Origin: a virus
UHGV virus genome: UHGV-0123874
Strand: one strand, 5' to 3'
Length of the DNA stretch: 40,222 nucleotides
This document shows, one piece after another, positions 10,006 to 21,019 of the stretch. Positions within the stretch are counted from its first letter, which is position 1; each line of letters starts with the position of its first letter. The notes beneath the pieces are model-generated. The model saw nothing but the letters and a program-made list of their open reading frames with translations. It was not told the DNA's origin and did not search any database. Made by a program: the position numbers and the translations under genes.

Positions 10006-10955
10006 TGCTCCGCGATTATCTTGATGGTTGTGGCAGTAAACGCCGCACCATTCGACTGAATGGTTAACGTGCTGCCATTTGTGGCAAGAAAGCCGTCTTT
10101 ATCCACACTGAAGAACGTAGCTAACAGGATGTTATCGGTCGTTGTCGCCGAGTTGCGACTGCTTACCAGTGTGTCAGGAACAGAGCCGGAAAAGGTTAGC
10201 TGCATTGACCTGTTTGCGGTTCCGCTGGGCCACGTCCCGACAATCGACAGCTTGAAGAACAGGGTTTTGTTCTCGTTGAACACAACCATCTTGTTGTTAT
10301 CAGTATCGAAGAATGGTGCCAACGTCCCGGATGACGGCGTGAGCGTTTTCAGCAGGCTAACAAGGTTGGTCGGCGCTGTTGGAATGGTTACCGATACTCC
10401 TGAGTAAACAACCTCTGATTTCTTGCGCGTGGTGGCATACTCAAGCGCAGATATTCTTGTTGAGTGATCACCAACTGTGCTTTGTAGCGTCGAAATACTT
10501 CCCTCTGCCGCTGTGAGCCTGGTATCAAGTGCGTCGATATCGGTTGTATTCTGAGTTATTCGCGCATCATGGTTTGCTAACTCAGATTCATTGGCAGCAA
10601 TTCGCGTCTCGTGATCAGCCAGCTCTGTTTCGGCAGCCGTAATCCTTGTTTCATGATCTGCAAGAGTGCTTTCCGCTGCTGAAATTCTATGTTCATGATT
10701 GATGAGAGTTGCTTCAGCAGCTTCAATTCTGGATTCATGGTCTGCAAGGGTGACATCCTGCTCATCATTCTTCACCTGTGCATCATAAGCCCCCTTCCCT
10801 GCTTCGTTGGCCTTGTTAGCCACGTTACCAACATCAGTGCCCTGTGCGATAACGTAAAGCAGATACGACTGCGAGAAGATATTGCGTGGAAGAACTGATG
10901 TATCGAGCCGCGTAGCCTGGATGATTACTGGCTCATTGAGATTCGAATCCGCCAT
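10002..10955 (-). CDS. Tail needle (P22 gp26-like) with extended C-terminal knob
   Basis: N-terminus [43 protein letters not shown]...[13 protein letters not shown] matches the gp26 N-terminus. Five ADHE(S/T)RI-type heptad repeats follow, then about 150 extra C-terminal residues. Confidence 0.85.
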
Positions 10956-12373
10956 TACTCAATCCTTATCTGGCAGCCAGACAGAGTGACAGGTGACTTC
11001 GTGATAACGCGCAATTTGAAGCCGACATTTTTCCTGATGCGCCCGACTCGCTTCCACAAAACGCGTTTGTCGTAAACGAATGGTTCATTCTGCTCAATCA
11101 TCTGCTCACGCCCGTAATTGATGCCGTCAGTGGTTGCAGAGAGGAACAGGCGGTCAGCGTACTGCGCAACACCAGTTGACGATTCAACTTCAAGGTCAAA
11201 CACTCTTGCGTTATCCGCTTTGAACAATGGAGTAAACAGCAGGTGTTCCTGTTGCTTGTCGTACTGGCTGCTGATATCGAACTGCAATTTACCGGTAACC
11301 GATTCCAGCTTATCGCCGCACGTTATCTGATTTCCTTCGTAAATGAAGTCGATAGCGCGGTACACATCGTCATACAAGCCAGTTTTCAACACACACCATT
11401 GCGGACCATTGGCACTTGAAGATGCGTCGTACACGAGTACGTGGCGCGGAAGATGGATAATCAGTAACTCATGCGCATCAAACCGCAACGATTCCATCAC
11501 GCCATCAGCCAGTTCATCAGCAGTGTAGGAGCGGAGGATTTTCTCAATGCTCGCGCTGGCGATTGGTGACACCTGACCGGATCCGATGATGTACACAGAC
11601 GGCGCACCTGTTGCAGGATTGCTGATGAACGCATAAGAATCAGCAAACGGCGTTTTGCAGTAGGTTCCGGCTATTCCTTTTTGCACCATCAGTGATGGCT
11701 GCGCGACATACAAAGCAGCACCAACGGTGGTTGCACCAGTCAGGGAGAAATATTCAATCGTCGATGAACCAAAGCAGACGATGAAGTCTCGCCATGTGCC
11801 GATGCCGATGATTCCGTCAGGCTGAGACTCGGCACGATATTGTGCACTGTAACGGTCAGGATGCGATTCGTCTTCAAGGTCAGTGATGAACCATGAATCA
11901 GTTCCGTCTTTTGACCACGCATAACGCCCACGTAAGCGCGTAATGTCGCGGACTGAGCCTAACTCATACTGCGTGAATCCGCTGTCTATAGGCCAGTTTG
12001 AGACGGTTTTAACCGTACCATCATAGCGATACTCGACCAGTTGACCATTAACACCTACCGCCTGTGATGTCCGACCATGAGCCAATGATACGCGACCACT
12101 TCCGGCAACATCACCGACCTCGCTTTCTCCTTTGTACAGCTTGCCACCACATACGCGATAAACAGCATTCTGCGCCATGTTGTACTCGACGCCGCGAGAT
12201 ACACCGTTCACATCAGAGCGTTTGGCAATGCCCGGGAATGAGCGAAGATATCCGCTACTGTTAAGGATTTCTTTGGGTGTAGCCAACATATTCACTGGCA
12301 GATAGTCGATATAGTCGGCGTTTCGAAAGTCTTTGCCGACACCTTTCATAAGCGGAAGTTGCTGAATCGGCAT
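10955..12373 (-). CDS. Tail accessory/head completion protein, P22 gp10-like
   Basis: 472 aa, same length and position as P22 gp10. Confidence 0.8.
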   Translation of the reverse strand: MPIQQLPLMKGVGKDFRNADYIDYLPVNMLATPKEILNSSGYLRSFPGIAKRSDVNGVSRGVEYNMAQNAVYRVCGGKLYKGESEVGDVAGSGRVSLAHGRTSQAVGVNGQLVEYRYDGTVKTVSNWPIDSGFTQYELGSVRDITRLRGRYAWSKDGTDSWFITDLEDESHPDRYSAQYRAESQPDGIIGIGTWRDFIVCFGSSTIEYFSLTGATTVGAALYVAQPSLMVQKGIAGTYCKTPFADSYAFISNPATGAPSVYIIGSGQVSPIASASIEKILRSYTADELADGVMESLRFDAHELLIIHLPRHVLVYDASSSANGPQWCVLKTGLYDDVYRAIDFIYEGNQITCGDKLESVTGKLQFDISSQYDKQQEHLLFTPLFKADNARVFDLEVESSTGVAQYADRLFLSATTDGINYGREQMIEQNEPFVYDKRVLWKRVGRIRKNVGFKLRVITKSPVTLSGCQIRIE

Positions 12374-12382
12374 TTATTCACC

Positions 12383-12844
12383 TCACGTACTCGGATCATC
12401 TTTCTCGATGTAAAACCGATTCCACGTAAACGCGCTTTTGTTACCACTACCGCGAGGCATGTCATTTCGCCGCTCAAGTGGTGGTACTTTGGTTAAAGCG
12501 ATACAGATTGTCTGATATGCACTGTCAGCAGCGGTAAGGAGAGCATCTGACGGCTGAATGACGTTATCCATGCACACTTGCACAGCGAGTTTCAAAGCGA
12601 CGCCATCATTTGCCCATGCAGGGATACCTGAATCATCGTCCGGTAACGGCATGATGCCGTTTTCTGTATCCGCAAACTGATATCCAAGCTCGATACCTTT
12701 CGCCTGCCATACTGCCATCATGTCTTCGAGGTCATTAATGGCATCTTCAATTGCCTGAGGGTCGGCATCTGTCAACGTGGCATTGGAATACAGCCCGGCT
12801 TTTCGTAAAGCCTTAAGAACGAGATCACCCTTCGTTTTCGCCAT
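12383..12844 (-). CDS. Head completion protein, P22 gp4-like
   Basis: N-terminus KTKGDLVLKALRKAGLYSNATLTDADPQAIEDAINDLEDMMAVWQ resembles P22 gp4. Confidence 0.8.
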   Translation of the reverse strand: MAKTKGDLVLKALRKAGLYSNATLTDADPQAIEDAINDLEDMMAVWQAKGIELGYQFADTENGIMPLPDDDSGIPAWANDGVALKLAVQVCMDNVIQPSDALLTAADSAYQTICIALTKVPPLERRNDMPRGSGNKSAFTWNRFYIEKDDPST

Positions 12845-13013
12845 CTTCTTCCGCCTTAGCCACTTTTTGCTTCGTTGCTGTTTCTTCAGGAGTTTTTACC
12901 CAACCTTTTTTCAGGTGAGATTTAACTTCTTCGTCATCAACAATGATGTAATCGACAGCAAACTGACCACAGGTGATCATGTTGCCAGGCTTATAGAGCA
13001 TTGTTCGTGCCAT
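12825..13013 (-). CDS. Small hypothetical protein (about 62 aa) between coat and gp4-like genes
   Basis: Track ORF trimmed to internal ATG (MARTMLYKPG...) because upstream codons span the coat terminator hairpin. GGGAGAAG lies ahead of this ATG. Confidence 0.4.
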   Translation of the reverse strand: MARTMLYKPGNMITCGQFAVDYIIVDDEEVKSHLKKGWVKTPEETATKQKVAKAEEDGENEG

Positions 13014-13023
13014 TGTCTTCTCC

Positions 13024-13050
13024 CAATAAAAATGGGGCCGAAGCCCCACC
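13024..13050 (-). terminator. Intrinsic terminator immediately after coat gene
   Basis: Minus strand reads GGGGCTTCGGCCCC then TTTTTATT. Confidence 0.5.
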
Positions 13051-13054
13051 AAAA

Positions 13055-14308
13055 TTACTGCCCGGCAATAACGATGCCCGTATATTCAGGAACAAGTACA
13101 GAACAACCGTACAGAGTGGTGAAACGAGCAGTGGTTACGCCTTTGATGTGGTCGAAGGCGTAAGACATGATCAGCGTAGCGCCCTGCTCGGTGGTTGCTG
13201 TCATTACCTGTGGACCCTGACCAGTCGGGAACGCCAGTTTGCCGTACATCAGTTCAACAGAACCATCAGCCCAGAACAGGTTAGCCGGTGCGGCATTCTT
13301 GTTGAGAATGGTGATTGCTGCGCTATTTGCCGCGTTAGCATCAACGTTTGCATATGGTCGGCTGGCGACATCCGCGTTGTCAGGCGGCAGAATTTTCGGG
13401 GAGATAGTTACTGTCGTTCCGCTTACTGCCAGAACGCGGAATACCTGCGGCTGCCCGGTGGTATCTTTGGTGATCTGGTGTACAGAATTCACCCCTGCAA
13501 TGGTAAACGCATCGCCAACCTGCAAACCTTCAGCAGATACCGTAATGGTCCCCTGTCGGTTATCAACTGGCATATCGTTAGCATCTTTCGCTTCAACTTT
13601 GTGCGCAGGTGCTGCTGCCAGCGTAATGGAAGTTGCTGTCCCTTTCGGAACACGACCAGAAATATCGGTCTTGTAGCTATCAAAGGAAGCAACCGGAGGG
13701 ATCTGCGCTTTTTCGTATGCTGTCAGGGTTGCGCCCTGAGCATAGGCACGGTGACCAAGCTCGCCAGCAAGGTCTTTGTAGTTGAAGGGGTTCCAGAAAG
13801 AGCGACGGTTGATACCCTGAGGTACACCAATCGCCGTCATGGTGGCATCAATATCTGCCGCACCATTCCACAAGGCAAGGCCCCGTGAGCCATTTTCTGA
13901 GGCAGGAATTGCGACCACGTTAGTAGCACGCTGCGTGACCATGGAAATCAGGTCAGAGTCAATCTGTGCAGCAAGGCGCATACCTGCGGCGCGACCAGCT
14001 TCAGTTTTATGTTCCGGGTCACGCATTTCACGCGCATCCAGAGTGTACAGAATGTTTTTCGGCTCCTTGAACACAGAAGGAACAAGGCGCTGAACCAGTG
14101 CTGTTGGCGTTTTGCTGCTGAGGTCGAGGCCTTCCTCAATGTTCATGTGGTAATGCTGCGGACGATACAGAACATCACCTGCTCGCTGCATTGCTGTATC
14201 ACCTGGACGGAATTTTTTAGCGTTACGGGAAACTACGCAGGCGGCCTCAAAGCCTTCAACGTAGTTTTCGAACATGATTTCAAGGTCTTTTGCTAATTGG
14301 TTAGCCAT
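13055..14308 (-). CDS. Major coat protein (P22 gp5-like)
   Basis: 417 aa, P22 coat-like segments (e.g. ...ANLFWADGSVELM...), directly downstream of scaffold gene. Confidence 0.9.
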   Translation of the reverse strand: MANQLAKDLEIMFENYVEGFEAACVVSRNAKKFRPGDTAMQRAGDVLYRPQHYHMNIEEGLDLSSKTPTALVQRLVPSVFKEPKNILYTLDAREMRDPEHKTEAGRAAGMRLAAQIDSDLISMVTQRATNVVAIPASENGSRGLALWNGAADIDATMTAIGVPQGINRRSFWNPFNYKDLAGELGHRAYAQGATLTAYEKAQIPPVASFDSYKTDISGRVPKGTATSITLAAAPAHKVEAKDANDMPVDNRQGTITVSAEGLQVGDAFTIAGVNSVHQITKDTTGQPQVFRVLAVSGTTVTISPKILPPDNADVASRPYANVDANAANSAAITILNKNAAPANLFWADGSVELMYGKLAFPTGQGPQVMTATTEQGATLIMSYAFDHIKGVTTARFTTLYGCSVLVPEYTGIVIAGQ

Positions 14309-14326
14309 GCTTAATGCTCCGATAGG

Positions 14327-15220
14327 TTATTTTTTTGCCTTTTTAGCGGCGAAATACGGCGTCCAGTCACCAGTTTCCAGCGCCTTGGCTTTCAGTTTGT
14401 CGAGGTTATTGATTACTGCGCCGTTGCTCCCCTTAACTGTCGGGGTTGTGGCTGCCGTGGTTTTTGCTTTTGGCATGATTCTGGCCTTAGATTCGATACG
14501 TTCCAGCAGACGACCAATTGCTACGGGGTTGGTAGCTTCTGCCAGTTGCTTGCGCAGTTCAGCGTTGCGACCAAGCGCCAGAACAACGATTTCCGGCTTC
14601 TCTGACTCAAACAGGATCGCGTTTTGTGTCTCGATGGGGATTTCCTCGAGTACGGCCTGTTCTGCTTCCTGATAGCCAGGAACCTTGAGAGCCTTAACAC
14701 GTTGCTGATATTTGGATAATCGCTCTTGATAAGCAGCCTGAAGCTCCTGCTCCTTCTGCTTGCGAGCCATCTCCTGTTGCTGGTACTTTCCGTTATCCTC
14801 TGCCCACTTAGCCATGCGTTGCTGATAGATTTCTTCATCGAAACCGATGTCCTCATCATCCAGTTTTGGCATTCGCGGTGGTTGAGTGATTACCGGCTGC
14901 TGCTCGACGGGTTTCTGAGACTGACGCATCAGCTCTTTCAGCTCACGGTCTTTCTCTTTAATCGTCTTGCGCAGGTGTTTTACCAGTCCATGCTCTGCGC
15001 CATCTTCGCTGGTTGGCGAATCCAGCTTTTCGTCACCAAAGTAGAATTCCTGTTCTGATTCGTCGTCATCAGTTTCAGTAGCTTCCTCTGCATCATTGCC
15101 GGAGGACTCACTGCCATCTTCTGTTTCGACTTCTTCAGCCAGTTCGACATCATCAGGAATCTGCTCTGACGCGTCGGTTTCGATTTCAACTTCTGGTGTG
15201 TTTTCTGCCATCTGGTCCAT
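14327..15220 (-). CDS. Scaffolding protein (P22 gp8-like)
   Basis: 297 aa, acidic N-terminus, coiled-coil-like middle, basic C-terminus; between portal and coat. Confidence 0.8.
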   Translation of the reverse strand: MDQMAENTPEVEIETDASEQIPDDVELAEEVETEDGSESSGNDAEEATETDDDESEQEFYFGDEKLDSPTSEDGAEHGLVKHLRKTIKEKDRELKELMRQSQKPVEQQPVITQPPRMPKLDDEDIGFDEEIYQQRMAKWAEDNGKYQQQEMARKQKEQELQAAYQERLSKYQQRVKALKVPGYQEAEQAVLEEIPIETQNAILFESEKPEIVVLALGRNAELRKQLAEATNPVAIGRLLERIESKARIMPKAKTTAATTPTVKGSNGAVINNLDKLKAKALETGDWTPYFAAKKAKK

Positions 15221-15310
15221 TTGTTACCCCTGTTTACTCGATGTTCAGCCCATCGGAAGGCAATAGGGTGCCAGGCCTCATAAAGACAGCCATTGCACGT
15301 TATGGGTTAA

Positions 15311-17509
15311 TTACTGCTGTGGTTGTTGCTGGGTTGATTTTTGCAGGATGCTGCTGATGTCCATGCGCTGCGCATGACCCTGTGCCTGACTTTTCAGGAC
15401 AAGCTCTGCATCAGCACGGGCATTGTCTCCTTGCTGTTGCTGGAACTGTCCGAGCAGTTTCAGAGCCTCGCGGATATCAGATTTCTGCTGGCTATCGGCA
15501 GATGCGAGGATTTTCACAACGTTTGCCGCTGCAACCTGAGCATCAGTCTGTGCCTGGAATGCTTTAACCTGAATGGCTGCCTGTTCGTTCTGCGCTTTCT
15601 GCAATTCAGCCTGACCAGCAAGAAGCTGACCTTGCGCTGCAACCATAGCCGGATCTGGCTGACTGGCCTGTTGTTGTTTCGCCTGTTCAACCATCTGCTG
15701 TTCTTCAGGCGTTCTCGGCTTGATAACGCCAGACAGAAGCAACTGATTGCGGTTGTATTCTTTCAGGTCGTCCATCCCTTCGCCGTCCATATTGTCGAGA
15801 ATCATCGACGATACAAGGTCGTGCTTCGGCGTTCCTGGTGGGATAAGTGCCAGCATGGAAAGTAACGACTTAACCGTTGCATCACGGCGAGTAGCGAACG
15901 ACTGACCAACATCGACAGTCACTTCATAGTTACCCTGCGAAAGGTCGTTAAGCGCGATAACCCGCCCTGTCTGACGGTCAACCACTTCACCAGTCATCAA
16001 CGCCACGTCATCGCTGCCGTCCTCATTAACGATGCGCATTGGCGTATCGCTGCCATAGACCTCACGCGCCATAGAAAGCCACACAACGCCAGCGCGACGC
16101 ATGGATTTAGCCATGTTGTCCATGTAGATATATGACTGCGTGTCCATCCTGTTAAAGATGCTATCAACGGTATCGGTAGCGACGTTGCTCGGCATGTTCT
16201 CAAGCTGCGACGCACCTGTAATTTGCTGAATAGCCGTTCCGGTGTACTGTAATAGCCCGGCAAGAGCAGGAGGCATTTGTGTTGGAGGTGTATAACTGCT
16301 GACCTGAGCCTGCGCAGTAATATCTCCATTTTTGTTTTTCAGACTGACCATCGGCAGGAACGCCGGGCGCTTTTTGTTGCGCTCCGCCCAATGAGTGGCG
16401 AGAGGACCAGGAATCATGTCAACATCAACTACAGGAATGCCATCACCGCCAGCCTGAGTAGCGTTATCTGCAATCATAGAAACCATCAGGTTCTCAAGAC
16501 GCTGTGCATCCATCGCTTTTGCTGCGTGGCCTTCGATTCGCTCCTGATTATCAACAAATGAGCGACGCCCATATACCGGGATGAGAGGAATATGTTCGCC
16601 CGGAATACGCTTCGGTTCTTCCAGCCATTCAGCGCCAGACAGAAGGCCGCAATAAACGCGGCGTTTCTTCACTGTCCGTTCGCCAATCAGTTCGAATGCA
16701 CCATCGGTCAGCTCGTCGACAATATCTTTGATTTGCTCTTCATCATAGATTGCCGTTTCTCCGCTAACAGGGTTGCGCCACGCCGTGAGCTTCACCTTCT
16801 CTATGCGAACTTCGTAGTAGCGTCCAACATAGATGGCATCTGGCGTTGACCAGTCATATTGAGTGCCAGTGTCATCACGAGAAAGGCTTGCCGCGATGGA
16901 ATCAGGGTATTCAGCCTCGAACGCTTTAGGCGTCATGGAGAACATTTCCATAGCCCACATAGCATCAGAGCGGTCATATTGCTTGCTGTCCTGATCGAAG
17001 AAGACGCATGTCGCTGGGTCGTAAACAGGAAGAAGGCTTATACGGCGTTGCTCGTTACTCGGATCCATTTCATCTTCGTAATCGGCACACATGCGGAAAC
17101 AACCGAATCCACCCGTTACAGCATCATCAAATGCGTTATCACACGCTTCGCCACCGGATGTTTCCTGATAGTCAGCGCGGAATTTGCCGTTCATCTTTTC
17201 GGCCAACGCTTCCGATGCCTTATCGTCCTTCGGCCTGAATTTAACGCTGATGCGATTCTGTCGATACTCGCCAATGATGCGATCACATTCACGGGCAATC
17301 TTATTCAGTTCAAAGCGCGGGTAATGCTCAAACCTGCCTTCATCAAATGAGTAACCAGCGTTTGTGCTGCCTTCCCACTGTGCGCCGGACACCCGGACGA
17401 AACGTTGAGCCTCAATAATCTGCTCACGCATATCCTGCGTTGCTGACCAGGCATTATCAAAGTTGCACAGCACCTTGCGATGCCAGTCAGTCATCTTTTT
17501 TTCTGCCAT
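15311..17509 (-). CDS. Portal protein (P22 gp1-like)
   Basis: 732 aa with P22 portal-like segments (GEHIPLIPVYG, RRVY..., C-terminal Q-rich barrel region). Confidence 0.92.
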   Translation of the reverse strand: MAEKKMTDWHRKVLCNFDNAWSATQDMREQIIEAQRFVRVSGAQWEGSTNAGYSFDEGRFEHYPRFELNKIARECDRIIGEYRQNRISVKFRPKDDKASEALAEKMNGKFRADYQETSGGEACDNAFDDAVTGGFGCFRMCADYEDEMDPSNEQRRISLLPVYDPATCVFFDQDSKQYDRSDAMWAMEMFSMTPKAFEAEYPDSIAASLSRDDTGTQYDWSTPDAIYVGRYYEVRIEKVKLTAWRNPVSGETAIYDEEQIKDIVDELTDGAFELIGERTVKKRRVYCGLLSGAEWLEEPKRIPGEHIPLIPVYGRRSFVDNQERIEGHAAKAMDAQRLENLMVSMIADNATQAGGDGIPVVDVDMIPGPLATHWAERNKKRPAFLPMVSLKNKNGDITAQAQVSSYTPPTQMPPALAGLLQYTGTAIQQITGASQLENMPSNVATDTVDSIFNRMDTQSYIYMDNMAKSMRRAGVVWLSMAREVYGSDTPMRIVNEDGSDDVALMTGEVVDRQTGRVIALNDLSQGNYEVTVDVGQSFATRRDATVKSLLSMLALIPPGTPKHDLVSSMILDNMDGEGMDDLKEYNRNQLLLSGVIKPRTPEEQQMVEQAKQQQASQPDPAMVAAQGQLLAGQAELQKAQNEQAAIQVKAFQAQTDAQVAAANVVKILASADSQQKSDIREALKLLGQFQQQQGDNARADAELVLKSQAQGHAQRMDISSILQKSTQQQPQQ

Positions 17510-17510
17510 A

Positions 17511-18926
17511 TCAACCTACACCACAAGGAATTGAGTAACTGGAATAGTCGGGTTGCGCAGCCGACTCCGGGCAATGCATACACATCATCAACGCATCAGC
17601 CAGGTTAGGAGATGGAATACCGAGCTTCTGCTTCATTTCGACCTTAGTCATAAGCTCCAGCTTCCCGTTGTTATTGAATTTGCGCTGAATCTGCGTCAGT
17701 TCTGCAAACAGCTTCTCCAGCATATTCTCGCCTATCGCTTCTTTGTCGAAACTCAGCATGTCGTCTGGGTCTGCATACTCACCGTGAACAACCGCCCGAT
17801 ATGTCAGATACAGCCTGTCAGCCAGCGCGTAATAGAATTGCGCTCGCTTATTGCGGAATACATCGCCAATAGTGCGAACGTTGTCGCCCTGTACGACTTC
17901 ATCAGCCCATGCTCCGGCCTGATACGGTGCATCTTCATCGAATGGCGATTCGCTGCCCTTAAACATCGTGGCGGTGATTTTCTTACCGGAGAATGCTTCC
18001 GTTGTCTGTCTGCGCAGCCCCGCACCAACACCATCACCATCCCACAAATAGTGGTCAGCGCCGTCTTCAATCGCCAGCGAAGTTGCCCAGTCAGCACCTT
18101 CATTGATGTCCATCAGCAGGCCTTCGGCAATGCGCTTAACTACCGAACCGTGACGCGATGCGTAACCTTTAGCATCTGGCCCTGTATCTGATGGGTCATG
18201 AGCAGAAACAACCGCGCCTTTCGCTTTCCATCCGAGTTTCTTGTGCGCATCGGTTGCGGCTTCAAGCCATTCACGTTTGATGATTGCCATATCACTTGCG
18301 CTTACCGGCTCACCAAGCCAGATGTGACGATACAGTGTCGGATTTCTGCGTTTACACTCTTCCATCTCCAGACGGAGAACTTCAGGAAAGTGCGGGTTGT
18401 CGGTGTAGTTCACCGTCAGCAGACAAATATCATCGGGAGGATTTACAACGAATCGCTGATAGGTATCGTCGCGGATGTTCTTCGGGTTAAAGCTCACCCA
18501 TATTTCAGAGAACGGCTTACGGATGGTTGGGATCAGGATATCCCACGATTCCTTTGTTACCGCTTCCGCTTCTTCCACCCAGCAGATATCAATGCCTTCG
18601 AGCGATTTAATCTTCGTCGGGTTGTTTTTGATGCCATAGAACATGAATTCAGCATTCGTTCCGAGATGACGAATCATTGAACGCTGAATTTCAAACTCAG
18701 CCGAATACCCTTCCCGCTCGATAGTGTCTTCAAGCAACCGGATTACCGAATCACTGATACTGTTTTGCAGCTCGCGAGCGCAGAGAATACGCACCGGCTG
18801 CCGACGCGCCGCTTCAACAAGCAGCCTCGCGATTGCCCATGACTTACCGCTACCTCGACCGCCTTTGGCGACTTTGTAGCGATGCGCCTCAATGAACGGT
18901 TCAAAGATAGGATTAATCGAGGTCAT
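17511..18926 (-). CDS. Terminase large subunit (Sf6/P22-type)
   Basis: Walker A KGGRGSGKS near N-terminus and C-terminal nuclease region; 471 aa; starts MTSINPIFEPFIEAHRYKVAKGG. Confidence 0.92.
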   Translation of the reverse strand: MTSINPIFEPFIEAHRYKVAKGGRGSGKSWAIARLLVEAARRQPVRILCARELQNSISDSVIRLLEDTIEREGYSAEFEIQRSMIRHLGTNAEFMFYGIKNNPTKIKSLEGIDICWVEEAEAVTKESWDILIPTIRKPFSEIWVSFNPKNIRDDTYQRFVVNPPDDICLLTVNYTDNPHFPEVLRLEMEECKRRNPTLYRHIWLGEPVSASDMAIIKREWLEAATDAHKKLGWKAKGAVVSAHDPSDTGPDAKGYASRHGSVVKRIAEGLLMDINEGADWATSLAIEDGADHYLWDGDGVGAGLRRQTTEAFSGKKITATMFKGSESPFDEDAPYQAGAWADEVVQGDNVRTIGDVFRNKRAQFYYALADRLYLTYRAVVHGEYADPDDMLSFDKEAIGENMLEKLFAELTQIQRKFNNNGKLELMTKVEMKQKLGIPSPNLADALMMCMHCPESAAQPDYSSYSIPCGVG

Positions 18927-19363
18927 TTTCCGAATAGAGTGCTCATCGGTGATGTTTCAATCTGAATTGCGCCGCCGTCTTTGCCTGTTAGCTCGTGATC
19001 AACCTTGTCGCGCCATTTATCCTTTTGTCTGTTCTTAAGCCAGAAAATGGCAGCGGTTGTATCAGGCGGGTAATACTTCTCAAGCGGAGTTTCGACAATT
19101 CTGTTTTCAATAACACGAATATCGATATCTGGAGCCACGAAGCCCATAGCGCGTTGATAAAGACGATCACTAACTTCTGCATCAGCGACGGCCTTACCAT
19201 TTTTTATGGACTCCGAAAACTTAGGATAATCAAGCTTCCACTTGTTAATAGTTGACTCACTGACTTCGAAGAAATCAGCAAGTTCTGCATCGGTGTAGCC
19301 CAGCAAGCACAGTTTGCGTGCCTGTTCGGCATACGCCTCTTGATACTTTGTTGGGCGCGCCAT
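18923..19363 (-). CDS. Terminase small subunit
   Basis: 146 aa with HTH-like N-terminus (LGYTDAELADFFEVSESTINKWK); stop overlaps terminase large subunit start. Confidence 0.75.
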   Translation of the reverse strand: MARPTKYQEAYAEQARKLCLLGYTDAELADFFEVSESTINKWKLDYPKFSESIKNGKAVADAEVSDRLYQRAMGFVAPDIDIRVIENRIVETPLEKYYPPDTTAAIFWLKNRQKDKWRDKVDHELTGKDGGAIQIETSPMSTLFGK

Positions 19364-19365
19364 GT

Positions 19366-19608
19366 TTATGCTCCGGTAGTGAACAGGTCTAACGCTTCCT
19401 TCGATTTACGCACCGCTTCGATAGTGCGGGTCGTGATATCTGAATTAGCGCCGCCTGACTGGAAGTGAATTTTGAATAGCTCAAGCTTCAGCTCATCAGT
19501 GCCAATGAACTGAAATGCTTCTTCTGCGGCTGCGTTCTGGTTCATGACCAGTTTGTAAATCTCTAACTGGAATTTCTGTTCTTCAGTCATGGGAATAATC
19601 TCTGCCAT
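19366..19608 (-). CDS. Hypothetical protein (80 aa) upstream of terminase small subunit
   Basis: Compact ORF with GGAG about 8 nt upstream; no recognisable motif. Confidence 0.45.
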   Translation of the reverse strand: MAEIIPMTEEQKFQLEIYKLVMNQNAAAEEAFQFIGTDELKLELFKIHFQSGGANSDITTRTIEAVRKSKEALDLFTTGA

Positions 19609-19835
19609 TGTTGGCTCCGTTTATCCGTTAAAAGGGATATCGGTTAAGTTATCCCGTGTAGGGTATAAGCCATTGTCGAGACCACTCATTGAATGGCCTC
19701 TGCAATAACCGATGTCTTTCCATCAGTCCGCCACCACAAAGAATCTTTTTTGCCATAAGGCTGGAGGTTCATCTTTCAGTGGCTGCCAGTGTTATTTCCC
19801 CACTTACTGGCTTGGGTTGTTTCGCTGTACTGCCG

Positions 19836-20378
19836 TTAATTGATGAGTCCGGGGATTACGGTTTGCCCGTGCTGTTCAAGGCGTTCAATTCTAGCCATCA
19901 GCTGTGGCTTCTTAATTTTGCCCCAGCGATTTAGCAGGCGACCTGACATGCTGGCAACATCCTTCTCTTTCATGTACTCCAGCATTACGGCATTTCTCTC
20001 TTCTTCAAATTGACGATGACCAACCTGAAGCATGGCGTACATCCAGTTAAATGCGTTGATGTAAGCAATTTTGATACGCATTGCTTCTTTTTTGGTGTAG
20101 GACATAACCAAAAGCATCAACCCATCCTTGCGGAGACGGTAGAATTTTTGCGGCTTACCATTCTGTAACTCATTGTTTTTATAGCAAAGCTCAAAATTGA
20201 GCTTTGTATCAAACTCAGGAGGGCAAGCTTCTATGGTTCGTTCAATGTCACGAACTACGTTCTTCGGCAGCTTTCCAAATGCTTTTGCCACCATAAAAGA
20301 ATCTGTAACCGGATCGTTGTTTGCCACAAAAATCAGATCTCGGAAATCGATGCCGTTAACGATAGTTGGATAATTCAT
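19836..20378 (-). CDS. rha: Rha-family phage regulatory protein
   Basis: N-terminal motif ...VTDSFMVAKAFGKLPKNVVRDIERTIE... typical of Rha regulators. Confidence 0.7.
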   Translation of the reverse strand: MNYPTIVNGIDFRDLIFVANNDPVTDSFMVAKAFGKLPKNVVRDIERTIEACPPEFDTKLNFELCYKNNELQNGKPQKFYRLRKDGLMLLVMSYTKKEAMRIKIAYINAFNWMYAMLQVGHRQFEEERNAVMLEYMKEKDVASMSGRLLNRWGKIKKPQLMARIERLEQHGQTVIPGLIN

Positions 20379-20581
20379 CAGTGCTCACCTTTTAGTGATG
20401 AACCTTGTCACACAGGATTCCGGCCCACAGAAAGGCACCGATCACCAAACCGGCATCCTCAAGGGTCATCCTGAAAGGTTCTGTGTTCATAAGTCGCGCG
20501 TGTGAAGCGCGTTTACTGCGGACATAAAAAAGCCCTGCATCGCGAGGCTCATTAAATGGACTTTGTGATTTGCAAAAAAAA

Positions 20582-21019
20582 TTATTTCAGGCATTGCGTC
20601 CTGATGTACTCCTGCAGGTAGTTAACCTGCGCGGTTATCCTGTCGATTCCACTTCGGAGACGGTAATAATTGAGTTCAGCATCTGCTGTAAGTCTTGGGC
20701 TTTCTCCATCGCCCATGCTGCTGGCTCCGGTCGTTGACTTTGCACAGGTGGCGGCGACTTGCAGGCGCTTACGCCCAGCAGAAACATCATCACGGAGACT
20801 TTCAATAGTCGCGTTAGCATCAGCAAGCTCCTTTGTATATCTGGCGTCGAGTTCTGCTACATCACGTTGACGCTTCTGCATGTCAGCGATGATGGATGCG
20901 GCCTTATCGCGCTGCTCTTTGTAGGCGATTGCGTTATCACGGTAATGATTAACAGCCCATGACAGGCAGACGATGATGCAGATAACCAGAGCGGAGATAA
21001 TCGCGGTTAACCTGCTCAT
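20582..21019 (-). CDS. Rz: i-spanin Rz
   Basis: [34 protein letters not shown]... is nearly identical at the N-terminus to lambda Rz. Internal ATG at 21019 (after GGGGG) preferred over the GTG at 21031. Confidence 0.85.
   Translation of the reverse strand: MSRLTAIISALVICIIVCLSWAVNHYRDNAIAYKEQRDKAASIIADMQKRQRDVAELDARYTKELADANATIESLRDDVSAGRKRLQVAATCAKSTTGASSMGDGESPRLTADAELNYYRLRSGIDRITAQVNYLQEYIRTQCLK
20635..20826 (-). CDS. Rz1: o-spanin Rz1 embedded in +1 frame of Rz
   Basis: Embedded ORF with lipobox-like LLGVSAC and Pro-rich mature region, as in lambda Rz1. Confidence 0.7.
   Translation of the reverse strand: MLMLTRLLKVSVMMFLLGVSACKSPPPVQSQRPEPAAWAMEKAQDLQQMLNSIITVSEVESTG

Noticed and set aside
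13001..13888. 295-aa plus-strand ORF (and several 60-150-aa ORFs) antisense to the coat, portal, terminase and helicase genes
   Set aside because: They lie wholly inside well-supported minus-strand genes, lack SD sequences and have Cys/Arg/Ser-rich compositions typical of antisense frames. The same reasoning applies to 16859..17350, 17553..18191, 18198..18680 and 27766..28500.
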